Origin: an uncultured Planctomycetota bacterium
GTDB taxonomy: Bacteria; Planctomycetota; Planctomycetia; Isosphaerales; Isosphaeraceae
Direction of reading: 5' to 3'
Assembly: GCA_963823665.1 (NCBI GenBank)
Contig: CAWGMQ010000006.1
Location: forward strand, 1,184,001-1,248,000
DNA: 64,000 bases
The notes beneath the pieces were generated by a model that was not told the DNA's origin, ran no database searches, and was given only the letters and a program-made list of their open reading frames with translations. This document shows positions 21,406 through 31,136 of the stretch, in pieces (position 1 is the first letter of the stretch; every line of letters begins with the position of its first letter). A program made the position numbers and the translations under genes.

Positions 21406-22548
21406 GCCGTCGGAGTGCTGCAGCCAGAGCCGGTTGTTGAAGAGGCCCTGGCGATAGCTCTCGAAGGCCGGTCCTTCGCCGGGGTAGTTCAGGGTGATGT
21501 GCACCTTCCAGACTTGTTCCTCGACTTCGGTATCCTCGAGCGTCAAGCCCACGTCACCTTGCTTGATGGTCACGTCCTTCTGCGCCAGGCTGGGGAATTT
21601 GAACGTCTTGATTCCTGCCGGAATGGTCATTTCCGCCTTCACCTTGAGCGAGGCCAGCTTCTTGGCGTCGCGCTCGGGGGCAGCCAGGTTGAGATTGATC
21701 TCGGCCGAGGGGTTTTCGGGCCGGACCACGACCTCGTCGGCCTCCATGTTGACCTGGGCGGCGACTTCCTTCTTCCGGTCGTCGGTGATCTTCAAGTTCT
21801 CGTAATTGAGCTTCAACAGCATCGGGCGCAGCCGCGGCTCCCAGGCGGCTTCGAGCTGAAGGTTGGCGGTTGCGGCACCGGTGGTGAAGTCGCGGTTGAT
21901 GGCGAGGCTCTTGAGCTCGACGCGGAACGGGCCGGTGTAGAGCACCATCGGCTTGTAGTCCTTGGGAGGCGCGGGCTTGTTCGGCGCCTCGTCCATCGAG
22001 CCGCCGGCCATGATGCCGATCGTGCCGTCGCCGGTTGAATAGGTCGTGGTGACCCCCGCCAGGCGCGCAATCTCATCGAGCGCTTCAAAGAAGCTCTTGC
22101 CGGCGATATCGAGATCGATCGCGGGATTGGTGACCTCGGCCCCAAGCTGCTCGCGCATGTCGGTGATGCCGTTTCCCGATTGTTTTTGAAGCTGCTGGAT
22201 CGCTTCGCTCAACCGGATGCCCTTCCCCTTGATCGTGATCTTGGTTGCGGCGGTGGTGTTGTCCGGCTCCATGTCCTTGATGGCCGCGCGGATCTTCTCG
22301 AGGCGGCTTTTTCGTTCGGGTGTCTTGGCGGTCGCGGAGTCGGGAAGAAGGGTCAAGATCTTGGGCCCGAGCTTGATGAGCGCTGCCTGCGCCGCGTCTT
22401 GCGCCGGCTTCTCGGCTGCGTCCAGGCGTTCGACGAGCTGCAGCACGCGATCGCGCAGCGCGGCATCCCCCCCCTGCCCCAGAGAAGAGACAGATGGGAT
22501 CGTGAAGACCAGACAGAAGCAGAAAATCGAAAGAGCGATGGGGTACAT
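21223..22548 (-). CDS. Conserved exported hypothetical protein (planctomycete)
   Basis: Signal peptide; FFEALD, WEPRLRP and FEFKDVVLP motifs; GC3-rich codon pattern. Confidence 0.75.
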   Translation of the reverse strand: MYPIALSIFCFCLVFTIPSVSSLGQGGDAALRDRVLQLVERLDAAEKPAQDAAQAALIKLGPKILTLLPDSATAKTPERKSRLEKIRAAIKDMEPDNTTAATKITIKGKGIRLSEAIQQLQKQSGNGITDMREQLGAEVTNPAIDLDIAGKSFFEALDEIARLAGVTTTYSTGDGTIGIMAGGSMDEAPNKPAPPKDYKPMVLYTGPFRVELKSLAINRDFTTGAATANLQLEAAWEPRLRPMLLKLNYENLKITDDRKKEVAAQVNMEADEVVVRPENPSAEINLNLAAPERDAKKLASLKVKAEMTIPAGIKTFKFPSLAQKDVTIKQGDVGLTLEDTEVEEQVWKVHITLNYPGEGPAFESYRQGLFNNRLWLQHSDGSRFEHNGGFSNTGSDGGKLSFEYLFVDAPGKPSDYQLVYETPSRVITVPLEFEFKDVVLP

Positions 22549-22618
22549 TTGGGCTTGGAATTCACGATTCGAGCCAGGTCGCATCTTTGTGTCTCCAATT
22601 GCGGGTAAAGGAGTGAAG

Positions 22619-23737
22619 CTAGCCGACAGACCACCGGCCGTCTTGCATGACGACGCGGCCGTCAGCCGTGATTCGCCCGTCGGTTCTGGTGTCGACGATC
22701 AAGTCCCAGTGCAATGCCGATTGGTTCGTGCCTCCGGTCTCGGGGTAGCTCTGGCCGAGTGCGAGGTGCACCGTTCCGCCGATCTTCTCATCGTACAGGA
22801 TGCTGCCGGTGAATCGATCGATTCCGTTGTTGAGCCCTAGCCCGAGCTCGCCGAGCCGGCGGGCGCCAGGGTCCAGGCCGAGCATGGCTTGGAGGTAGTC
22901 TTCACCACTGGAAGCTCGCGCGCATACCACCTTGCCGTCCTCGATCTCGAGACTGATACCGGCGATCTCGCGGCCGTCGCGGCAGACGGGAAAGCCGCAC
23001 TTGAGGCGGCCCTGGGCCGAATCCTCGATCGGTCCGGTGAAGATCTCGCCGGAGGGCATGTTGCGCTTTCCGTCGGAATTGATCCAGGTTCTGCCGCCGA
23101 CGGAGAGGGTCAAATCGGTGCCGGGTGCTTCGATCCGCAAGTTGGTTGTGGTCGTCATGAATTCGACGAGGCCGGCCTGGCGGCGGCCGAGCTCTTGCCA
23201 GGCGGCTCCAGGATCATCGCGGTCGAGGAACATGGCCCGGGTGACGAAATCCTCGTATTCAGGAAGGCTCATACCCGCGGCCTGAGCGTAGGCCTCGGTC
23301 GGGTACTGGGTCAAGACCCAGCGTCCCTTCCGCGCCGCCTGGCGGATGGGGTCACGCGCGCGGTCGTAAACCGCCTGCCGGCGAGGGTCGACCCGGCTCA
23401 TCGAGTGGATGTCGTCCTCGGCGGCGATGCGGATTCGTGCGGCGACCTTCTGGGCCTCGAAGAGCGCCTCCGGCGGGAGATAGGCAAGCTGGGCGTCACT
23501 GGCTTGCTCGAGGAAATACTCGTGGAGCCCGGGGATCTCCAGGCGCAGGAGCGGAAGGCCCCCCTGGTCGACAATCGCCTTCCAGCACGCTTCGACCAAG
23601 GGCCGGGCGAGCAGGCTCGAGCTGATCGCGATCGTCTCTCCGCGCTCGACGCGCAGGCAATAATCGACCAGCAAGCCGGCCCAGCGTGCGGCCATGAGGT
23701 CGGTCAAGTGCGCATCTCCGTTCGGGCTCGCGGGCAC
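22619..23737 (-). CDS. Aminopeptidase, M29 (AmpS/AmpT thermophilic metalloprotease) family
   Basis: NMPSGEIFT, GELGLG, LYDEKIGGTVHLALG.SY, SALHWD. Confidence 0.93.
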   Translation of the reverse strand: MPASPNGDAHLTDLMAARWAGLLVDYCLRVERGETIAISSSLLARPLVEACWKAIVDQGGLPLLRLEIPGLHEYFLEQASDAQLAYLPPEALFEAQKVAARIRIAAEDDIHSMSRVDPRRQAVYDRARDPIRQAARKGRWVLTQYPTEAYAQAAGMSLPEYEDFVTRAMFLDRDDPGAAWQELGRRQAGLVEFMTTTTNLRIEAPGTDLTLSVGGRTWINSDGKRNMPSGEIFTGPIEDSAQGRLKCGFPVCRDGREIAGISLEIEDGKVVCARASSGEDYLQAMLGLDPGARRLGELGLGLNNGIDRFTGSILYDEKIGGTVHLALGQSYPETGGTNQSALHWDLIVDTRTDGRITADGRVVMQDGRWSVG

Positions 23738-23991
23738 GCTCTAGCGTTCAGCGAGTGACAAGTGTCATAGTCTCAAAATCAGCTTATCGAAACCCCGATG
23801 GCTCTGCAACAGAAGTCGGGCGCGGGGCTGGTCTCGAGGGTAAGACGGCAGGAAGCGCAGCGCCTGGTCGTGGCGCGGTGTTCTTGACGCTTTGAGCAAA
23901 AGACTTGAGAATCTCCAGTGTCGCCGCGAGTCGCATGGCTCTCCGCGCCTGGGATGCACAGGATGGTTTCATGCTCACGGGAACGATTCCA

Positions 23992-25953
23992 ATGACCCCA
24001 CTTTCAACTCGCCTCGCAAGAACGGCCGATTTATTGATTTTGCGACCGCGGCCGGCGCTCTCGCGCTGCTTTCTGGGTGTGATCGCGTGCGGTCTGATCG
24101 CGGGGTTGTGTTTGCGATCGGCCGCGGGCGGAGACGACGCGCCCTCCGGCGTTGGTTTGACGCCGGCCGAGGCACGGATGAAGTCGGACGTGACGTTCCT
24201 TGCAGCCGACGCGCAGGAAGGGCGCGCTCCCGGCACCAAGGGCATCGAGGCCTCGGCCGAATATATTGCGAACGTCTTCAAGAAGGCCGGGCTCAAGCCG
24301 GCGCCGGGTGCCGACGGCTATTTTCAGCCGTTCTCGATCTCCGGCGGCGCTCGCTTGAAGGGCAGCCAGCTCCTGGTCTTGAACGGGCCGGAGGGCAAGA
24401 ACGTCACTCCCGTGTTTGCGGGTGATTTCACGCCGCTGGCCATTGGCACGGGCCGGGACCTTGAGAACGTGCCCATCGTGTTTGCCGGCTACGGGATCAC
24501 CGCCAAGAACAGCCGGCGGCACCCCGGGCTCGACTATGACGACTACGCCACGGTGGACGTGAAGGGCAAGGCCGTGCTGGTTCTGCGCCGCGAGCCGCAG
24601 CAGCACGATGCGAACAGTCCGTTCGAAGGCAAGGTCGATTCCAACTTCGCGACGTTTCAGCACAAGGCGGTCAATGCGTTCCAGCATGGGGCGGCGGCGG
24701 TGATCCTGGTCAACAACCTGGCCGGACTGGCCGGCCAGGAAGATCGGGTCGTCGCGTTCTCGCAGGCTGGTCCCTCGCCGATTTCGAACATTCCGTTCCT
24801 GATGATGACTCGCGAGAAAGCCGACGAGTTTCTCAAGGCGGCCGGCCAGCCCTCGCTCGAGGATTTCGAGGTCAAGATCGACGATGAGCTCAAACCGCGG
24901 TCCCGCGAGATCAAGGGGTGGACCTTGACCGCGAAGATCAACATCGACGAGAGGAAGGTTGATACCAAGAACGTCGTCGGCGTCCTGGAAGGCTCCGGGC
25001 CGCGTGCGAATGAAACCGTGATCGTCGGCGGCCATTACGACCATCTGGGGCGCGGCGGGCTGTTGTCGGGGTCGCTCGCGATGCTCTCCCGGGACATTCA
25101 TAACGGAGCCGACGATAATGCCTCGGGAACGTCGATGGTCCTCGAGCTGGCGAGGCGCCTCGGTGCTCGTCAGGACCCCCTTCCCCGCCGCATTGTTTTC
25201 ATGGCGTTCAGCGGTGAAGAACGCGGGCTGCTGGGATCGCAGTATTACGTCAATCATCCGCTCATCCCGCTGGATGACACGGTCATCATGATCAACTGCG
25301 ACATGGTCGGTCGAATGGGCACAAACGGCCCGCTCACGATGGTCGGCACCGGCACGACGCCGGGAATCGGCGCGCTCGTGGACGTGCTGGGCGAATCGGC
25401 GGGCTTGAAGATCAAGAAGGTTCCCGGGCTCTCCGACGGCTTTGGCGGCAGCGACCACGAGTCGTTTTATCACAAGGGGATCCCGGTCCTGTTTGCATTC
25501 ACCGGGTTGCATGTTGATTACCATCGCCCGAGCGACGACTCGGACAAGATCAACTACACCGGCATGGGGCGCATCGCCGACTATCTCGAGCTGATCACGC
25601 TTGACCTGGCGCGACGCCCGGCGCGGCCGTCTTATCTCAAGATCACGGAAGACCGGCAGGCGCATCCGCGCGGCATGTCGGTCTCGCTGGGCATCACGCC
25701 CGACTATGGAAACGACAAGCCCGACGGCCTCAGGATCACCGCGGTGCGCGGCGGCGGGCCGGCTGAGAAGGCCGGCCTCAAGGGGGGCGACCGCATCGTG
25801 CGCTGTGGGTCCAAGGCGATCGGAACGCTGGACGATTACATGGAAACCATGGCCGATTACAAGCCGGGCGACCAGCTCGAAATTGTCGTGGTCCGCGACG
25901 GCAAGGAGCTCAAGCTCACGGCCACCCTGGGCGGCGCCGTGCGTCCGCAGTGA
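23992..25953 (+). CDS. M28 family zinc peptidase with PA and PDZ domains
   Basis: EGRAPGT, FAGYGI, GGHYDH, GADDNASG, GEERGLLGS, SDH, YHRPSD, C-terminal PDZ. Confidence 0.93.
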   Translation: MTPLSTRLARTADLLILRPRPALSRCFLGVIACGLIAGLCLRSAAGGDDAPSGVGLTPAEARMKSDVTFLAADAQEGRAPGTKGIEASAEYIANVFKKAGLKPAPGADGYFQPFSISGGARLKGSQLLVLNGPEGKNVTPVFAGDFTPLAIGTGRDLENVPIVFAGYGITAKNSRRHPGLDYDDYATVDVKGKAVLVLRREPQQHDANSPFEGKVDSNFATFQHKAVNAFQHGAAAVILVNNLAGLAGQEDRVVAFSQAGPSPISNIPFLMMTREKADEFLKAAGQPSLEDFEVKIDDELKPRSREIKGWTLTAKINIDERKVDTKNVVGVLEGSGPRANETVIVGGHYDHLGRGGLLSGSLAMLSRDIHNGADDNASGTSMVLELARRLGARQDPLPRRIVFMAFSGEERGLLGSQYYVNHPLIPLDDTVIMINCDMVGRMGTNGPLTMVGTGTTPGIGALVDVLGESAGLKIKKVPGLSDGFGGSDHESFYHKGIPVLFAFTGLHVDYHRPSDDSDKINYTGMGRIADYLELITLDLARRPARPSYLKITEDRQAHPRGMSVSLGITPDYGNDKPDGLRITAVRGGGPAEKAGLKGGDRIVRCGSKAIGTLDDYMETMADYKPGDQLEIVVVRDGKELKLTATLGGAVRPQ

Positions 25954-26022
25954 CTTTCACGCGTTTCTTTTCGTCTCGTCTCGCCAGGTCCGAACCCGAG
26001 CATTTGGCGCTGGACCAGAACC

Positions 26023-27288
26023 TTGAATCGCAACCCGCCTTGCCGCGATCAACCACGCCTCGCGCGGATCGGGGCGCTCGTCCTGGGGGCCATATTTCTT
26101 GTTTCGGCGGGCTGCGCACGGCAGCCGCCGGGCCTGGTGGTCGCGACCTCGTGGCCGGCGGAGGCTCGCCGCGGGCTCGAAGCGGACTTCGCACGCTGGG
26201 CCGGTGCCCGAGAAGATCGCCAGGACTTTCGCCACGTGCGAATCGAGTGGCTGACTTTCCCATCCGGGGAAGATCTGGTCAAGCTCCCGTTTCGGGCGAC
26301 CCCGCCTCACGTGATTCTGGGCGGGCCTACAGGTGCGCTCGCGCTCCTGGCGAATATGGATCGGCTGTCGCCGATCGAACACGCGGACCAGACGCGCTGG
26401 TGCGAGCTTGTGCGGCCGGGTGGGGATGGCGCGCGATCGCTCGAGGCGGCCGGCGGCTGCACGGACCCGCGCCGCAACCGAGCATCGCTCCTCTGGGCGA
26501 AGAGTCAGCTTTCCTCAGCGGGATGGCGTGAGGGTTATGCGCGGTTGGTCCAGTCGGCGGCGAAGCGGGATCGCGTCGGAGCATCATACGATCATCCGCC
26601 CATGTTGGAGCTGGCGCGGGCTCAGCGTTTCGGGGGCGACGGCGATGGGGGGAAACCGGGCGATCGGGTTGACGAGATCGAGGGCGTGGCGATCGTTCGT
26701 GGCGCGGGCGGAGAGCAGCTTGCGCAAGGCTTCCTCCGGTTTCTGGTCGAGACCCGGGGTGCGAAGACCGCCGCGAGCCGTAGCGGCTCTCGAGGGGATG
26801 GATTCGAATCCGAGGAAATCAACTCGTTGATCGCCGATTTGCTGGGTTCGACGCTGGTTGATGCCCAGGATGAGCTGTGGGCGGCGGTGCGTGCGCTCGA
26901 CGGGCTTGCCGACACAGAACAAGCGATCGAATGGCTGACCGAGCCTCCGCCGTGGCCGCCGGCCTCGGTGGCGAAGTATCTTGGCAGGGAGGGCGAGCGC
27001 GCGATGGCCTTGATCGAGACGCTCGCGGCCCTTGTCGCGCCGGAGGCGCCCGAACGTGCCTGGCTGCTGCGGAGCTGGCTGTCCCCGGCGCGGCCGGTTG
27101 ATCCGACGCTGCTCTCGGAGTTGACAGAGGCGGCTGGGGGCCGTCTCTGCCGCGAAGCGAGGTTTCGTGCCTGGCTTCGTGAGGAATGGACGGCCTGGGC
27201 TCGCCAGCGGTATCGTCGCGTGGCGCGCTGGGCCGGCTCTCAGCCGAACGGTTCCGGCGGCAGTGAAAGGACCTCGGCCCTGCGATGA
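26023..27288 (+). CDS. Divergent ABC transporter substrate-binding-like lipoprotein
   Basis: Lipobox SAGC; DPR, EGVAIVRG..AQGFLRFL reminiscent of Fe3+/polyamine SBPs; overlaps start of ABC ATPase. Confidence 0.55.
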   Translation: MNRNPPCRDQPRLARIGALVLGAIFLVSAGCARQPPGLVVATSWPAEARRGLEADFARWAGAREDRQDFRHVRIEWLTFPSGEDLVKLPFRATPPHVILGGPTGALALLANMDRLSPIEHADQTRWCELVRPGGDGARSLEAAGGCTDPRRNRASLLWAKSQLSSAGWREGYARLVQSAAKRDRVGASYDHPPMLELARAQRFGGDGDGGKPGDRVDEIEGVAIVRGAGGEQLAQGFLRFLVETRGAKTAASRSGSRGDGFESEEINSLIADLLGSTLVDAQDELWAAVRALDGLADTEQAIEWLTEPPPWPPASVAKYLGREGERAMALIETLAALVAPEAPERAWLLRSWLSPARPVDPTLLSELTEAAGGRLCREARFRAWLREEWTAWARQRYRRVARWAGSQPNGSGGSERTSALR

Positions 27289-28380
27289 TTCGTGTCATCC
27301 TGGAACGTCTGGAGAAGCGATTCGGTGCCCTGGCGGCCGTGGACGGGGCGTCACTCGAGCTTCGTCCGGGTGAATTGACTTACGTTCTGGGGCCTCCCGG
27401 CGCCGGCAAATCGACCCTGGCCCGGCTGGTGTCGGGGCTCGAGAATCCCGACGACGGCGAGATCTATATTGGAGAGCGCCTGGTTGTTGCGGTGGCCCCT
27501 CACGAGCGCGGCACAGGGATGGTGTTCCAGGACCTGGGTCTGTGGCCGGGGCTTTCGGTCGCCGAGAACGTCGGCTATCCGCTCAAGATTCAGAAGCTGG
27601 CACGCCCGGAGCGCCGGCGGCGGATCGCGGAGGTGCTCTCCGCGCTGCGGATCGACAGCCTGGCGGGCCGACGCCCCGCTGCTCTGACGCCACAACAGAA
27701 GCTGCGCACGGCGCTGGCGCGCGCGCTGGTGACGCAGCCGAATTTCCTGGTTCTCGATGAGCCGCTGGGCTCGCTCGAGCCGCGGGTGCGCGAAGAGTGC
27801 TGGGACGACTTGAGGAGGGTCCACGCGGAGACCGGCGTGACGATGCTGGTCTTCACGGACAACCCGCTCGAGGCGCTGGCGCTGGCCGATCAGCTTGCGG
27901 TGATGGATCTGGGCAAGATCCTCCAGTGCGGCACGCCGCAGGAGCTGTACAGCCGGCCGATCGATGTGTTCGTGGCGCGGCTGCTGGGCCCAACGAATCT
28001 CTTGCAGGGGCAGGTGGAGAGCCAGATGACCGAAGCGAAGGGCGAAGTCGTGGTGCGCACGCCCCTGGGCCGTTTGATCGGCCACATGATTCCGGGCCAG
28101 GCGGGCCCGGGCGCGCCGGTGACGATCTCGGTGCGGCCCGAGACCGTTTCACTCGGCCCGACCACGCCTGCGGGATGGAACCGATTTCCGGCGACGATCG
28201 AGCGCATCATCTTTCGGGGAGAGCTGAGGCAGATTCACCTCCGCGGCCCTGGCGACTGGCCGGTGGTTGTCTCGGCGCGTGCAGAGCCAGTCGACGGCGC
28301 TGCGCGAGGGGCAGAGTCTGACACTCTCGGTGGCACCGGAGCACGTGGTGGTTTTGTCGGGGAAGTTCGCGGTGGGGTGA
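27285..28380 (+). CDS. ABC transporter ATP-binding protein, PotA/FbpC-like with TOBE domain (frameshift near 28279)
   Basis: GPPGAGKS, MVFQD, LVLDEP; signature degenerate (LTPQQ) and H-loop reads TDN; alternative frame gives ..LREGQSLTLSVAPEHVVVLSGKFAVG-stop at 28380. Confidence 0.85.
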
Positions 28381-28397
28381 GGCGTGCGCGTGCCGAA

Positions 28398-28684
28398 ATG
28401 GAGATTGCGATTTCACCTGGATGCCGAGACAGGGGCTGCCGCACATTTATGAGCACGGAGTGACGGAAGACGAAAATCGGCAGATCCTGGCTCGCCCAGG
28501 TGCAGAGTTTGCCGGTCGATCCGATTCGCGAATCGCGCTGGGCCAAACCATCGCTGGACGGCATCTTGAAGTTGTGCATGTTCCCGACGACGACCGAGCC
28601 GGCGCGTTTGTGGTGACCGCCTACCCGCTTGTGGGACGCGCTCTCAAGGCATACCGGCGACGCCGAAGGAGAAGGGGAAAATGA
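28398..28684 (+). CDS. Putative type II toxin (BrnT/DUF4258-like), frameshifted 5' part
   Basis: PHIYEHGVTE.E, RIALGQT.AGRHL.VV, FVVTAY motifs; stop overlaps next ATG (ATGA). Confidence 0.6.
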
Positions 28685-28907
28685 AAAAAACCAACCGAAA
28701 AAGCCTGCGGTGAAGCAGCGGCTGCCGCGCGGCTGGACGGAACAGAAAATCGTCGAGCTTCGCGAGCACTACGAGAATCAGACCGAGGAAGAACAGGAAG
28801 CCGAACACGAGGCTGCGTACAGTTCGAACGATCAAACGATGATGGGCGTGCCAGTCGAGCTAGTTCCCGAAGTTCGGAGACTGATCGCCAGTAGGCGACG
28901 AGCGTGA
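28681..28907 (+). CDS. Putative antitoxin partner (frameshift in an A-run just after ATG)
   Basis: LPRGWTEQKI..L.EHYENQTEEEQ.AE.EAA..TMM.VPVELVPEVR.LIA; small, acidic, coupled to toxin-like gene. Confidence 0.55.
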
Positions 28908-28926
28908 GCGCTCCGAGCCGAATCGA

Positions 28927-30714
28927 TCATTCACCGTTTTTCTTGTTCGGGCCCGACAGTCGCTGGAAATGGCGGTTGCCGTATTCGACGGTGTCTCGAC
29001 CAAACTCGACCGAGTCTCCGTCGGCGGTGAAGAACAGTCCCGGGCTGTATTCCTTGAGTTTCAGTCGATCGTTCCAGTATATGTAACCGTTCTTCAATGT
29101 GACACGGCTTTCCACATCCTGTCCGTATGCGGTTGCATGGTAGACACCCAAGAAGGGCGTCCATTTCGGCTTGGCCGGGCCTGGCGGATCGCGCGGTGAG
29201 TCATTGGGAACGAAGAAGCTCACGCCGTTGTCGCCGTGGTTGCGGATTTCCTGCACGGCTCCCCGGTCGTCCAGTACAAACTCATAGAGATCGCCGCCAC
29301 GGACGAATTGCGTTCCAGAAAGTGCGTCGAGAGGATCGGTGCGCTTTCCCCTGACGATGTGGAGACGGTCGGCTTCGAGGCGGAAGCCTGTGAGTTGTGC
29401 TCCGACCAGATAGGTTCCTTCGAGCCGCTTGAGCTCCTCGGCAGGCGTCGCAATCACCGGCTTCCGGGTCCAGGGCAGCGGTTCATCGGGAGGCAATGCG
29501 CCGCGCTTGGCGAGGATCATCGCTTGCAAGGTTCGGTCTGCGAGGTCCGACACGAAGTTGTCTCCCTCGGCGCCATTGGTTAGCACCGCCACGCCGACGC
29601 CGTACTCCGGAACCCAGCGCTGGTCGGTCGAGTAGCCGTAACCGCCGCCGCCGTGGAAGACGAGCGTCGCCCCGTGGAAAGGCCGGCTGTTGACGCCGAA
29701 GCCGTAGCCGGCCTTCTGGCCCGGCAAAGTGAATTGAGGGGTATACAGTGCACGAACGAGATCGGCCGGGATAAGCCGGCGCCCGTGGATCACGCCACCC
29801 GCAAGCTGGAACGAGAGGAAGCTCGCCATCTCTCTCACGCTCGAATACATGCCGCCGGCTCCGAGCATCGGTATTTCAAGCGGCGGCACTTCCTTCCCCT
29901 CGATGTGGCCTCGCGCACGGTCGGCGGCCGCCAGTGCTTGCGTTTGTTCAAACGTGCTCTTCAGCATGGCGAGGGGCTCGAGCAGCTCCTCGCGCATGAA
30001 CCGGTGAAATGGCTTGCCGGCACGCTCTTCTAGCGCAAAAGCGACGAGGTCATATCCGAGATTCGAGTATCGGAAACGCTTGCCGAGGGGGCATTTGAGC
30101 CACGTGTCGGAGATGCTGCGCACATGCTCGTCGAATCGACAGTGCCAATCACCGTAGTTATTGCCGATCGGGGCTTCATGACACAGGCCGCCCCAGTGGC
30201 AGAGCAGGTGGCGAAAAGTAATGCCATCGACCTCGGCTTCACCCAGGGCGGAACGTACCCGGAACCCGCTGACAGCATTCCGCAACGGCTGATCCAGAGT
30301 GAACTGCTTCCGTCCAACTGCCATCAAGAATGCCGTGGCCGTATAGGTTTTGGTGACGGATTGAAGACTGAAGAGCGTCTCGGCCGTGACGGCTTCCTTG
30401 GCTGACCGATTCGTGAATCCAAATCCGCCCGCCCAGACGACCGTTTGGTCATCGACCAGGGCGATTGCGGCGCCTGGTACTCCGTTTTCCTTCAAGAGCA
30501 TGGGAACATCGCGCTTCAGCACGGCCACGACGGGTGCGTAATCGGGCTCCTTTGCAGGTAGGCGGGATCGATCAGGCCGTGCTCGGCTCGAAATCTCAAC
30601 AGGTGCCGGACCGCTGACGGGCTGTGATTGAGGGAGTTCAAAGCGCGCCTCCGGCACGTCGTTGAAACTCAATACCAGGGCAACTGCCAGGAAGTTTAGA
30701 GATTGCAGTGTCAT
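28927..30714 (-). CDS. Serine hydrolase, beta-lactamase class C/PBP-like family
   Basis: SVTK (SxxK), LLCHWGGL, YSN, HGG; signal peptide. Confidence 0.92.
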   Translation of the reverse strand: MTLQSLNFLAVALVLSFNDVPEARFELPQSQPVSGPAPVEISSRARPDRSRLPAKEPDYAPVVAVLKRDVPMLLKENGVPGAAIALVDDQTVVWAGGFGFTNRSAKEAVTAETLFSLQSVTKTYTATAFLMAVGRKQFTLDQPLRNAVSGFRVRSALGEAEVDGITFRHLLCHWGGLCHEAPIGNNYGDWHCRFDEHVRSISDTWLKCPLGKRFRYSNLGYDLVAFALEERAGKPFHRFMREELLEPLAMLKSTFEQTQALAAADRARGHIEGKEVPPLEIPMLGAGGMYSSVREMASFLSFQLAGGVIHGRRLIPADLVRALYTPQFTLPGQKAGYGFGVNSRPFHGATLVFHGGGGYGYSTDQRWVPEYGVGVAVLTNGAEGDNFVSDLADRTLQAMILAKRGALPPDEPLPWTRKPVIATPAEELKRLEGTYLVGAQLTGFRLEADRLHIVRGKRTDPLDALSGTQFVRGGDLYEFVLDDRGAVQEIRNHGDNGVSFFVPNDSPRDPPGPAKPKWTPFLGVYHATAYGQDVESRVTLKNGYIYWNDRLKLKEYSPGLFFTADGDSVEFGRDTVEYGNRHFQRLSGPNKKNGE

Positions 30715-31037
30715 CGATCGCTATCCTCTGGGTGGCTAAACTGCGGATGCAGGCAACGACCCCCACGGGGATGCCAGCAGTCGGAGTGAATCTCACCGGC
30801 CGGGTGGAACACCAGATTCGACGGCGAACCCGTGCGCTGCCGACCGCTGCACTTTTGCGAGCACGAACCCTCGAGCACAAGGTAAAAGAACGCGCACTCG
30901 TGGGCGTGAGGGCGACTCTCGAACCCCGGTCCGTATGCCGATTCCACCAGCAACAAGTGGTCCGCCCGGAACCGCCTGAGGGTTTGTCCGAGGAACGAAC
31001 CCGGCTTGAGGGATTGAGTCCGGGTGTTGTGCGCCAC
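30711..31037 (-). pseudogene. Truncated AraC-type regulator (cupin ligand domain only, HTH missing)
   Basis: PHAHE.AFFYLVLEG, FHPAGEIH cupin motifs; ends overlapping the hydrolase start with no HTH. Confidence 0.6.
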
Positions 31038-31136
31038 CGCCTTCTCCTCACGTGAAGTTGAAATGATCTGGCTGTACGGACAGCTCGCGCCCATTATACC
31101 CTTCTGTATGCCCGTTGAGTGTCGAAAGGGGATCTC

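Noticed and set aside
24031..25665. Long antisense ORFs (e.g. 24031..25665, 677..1678, 6295..7350, 38227..39441, 47076..48293)
   Set aside because: Shadow ORFs opposite well-supported genes, expected in high-GC DNA; no motifs
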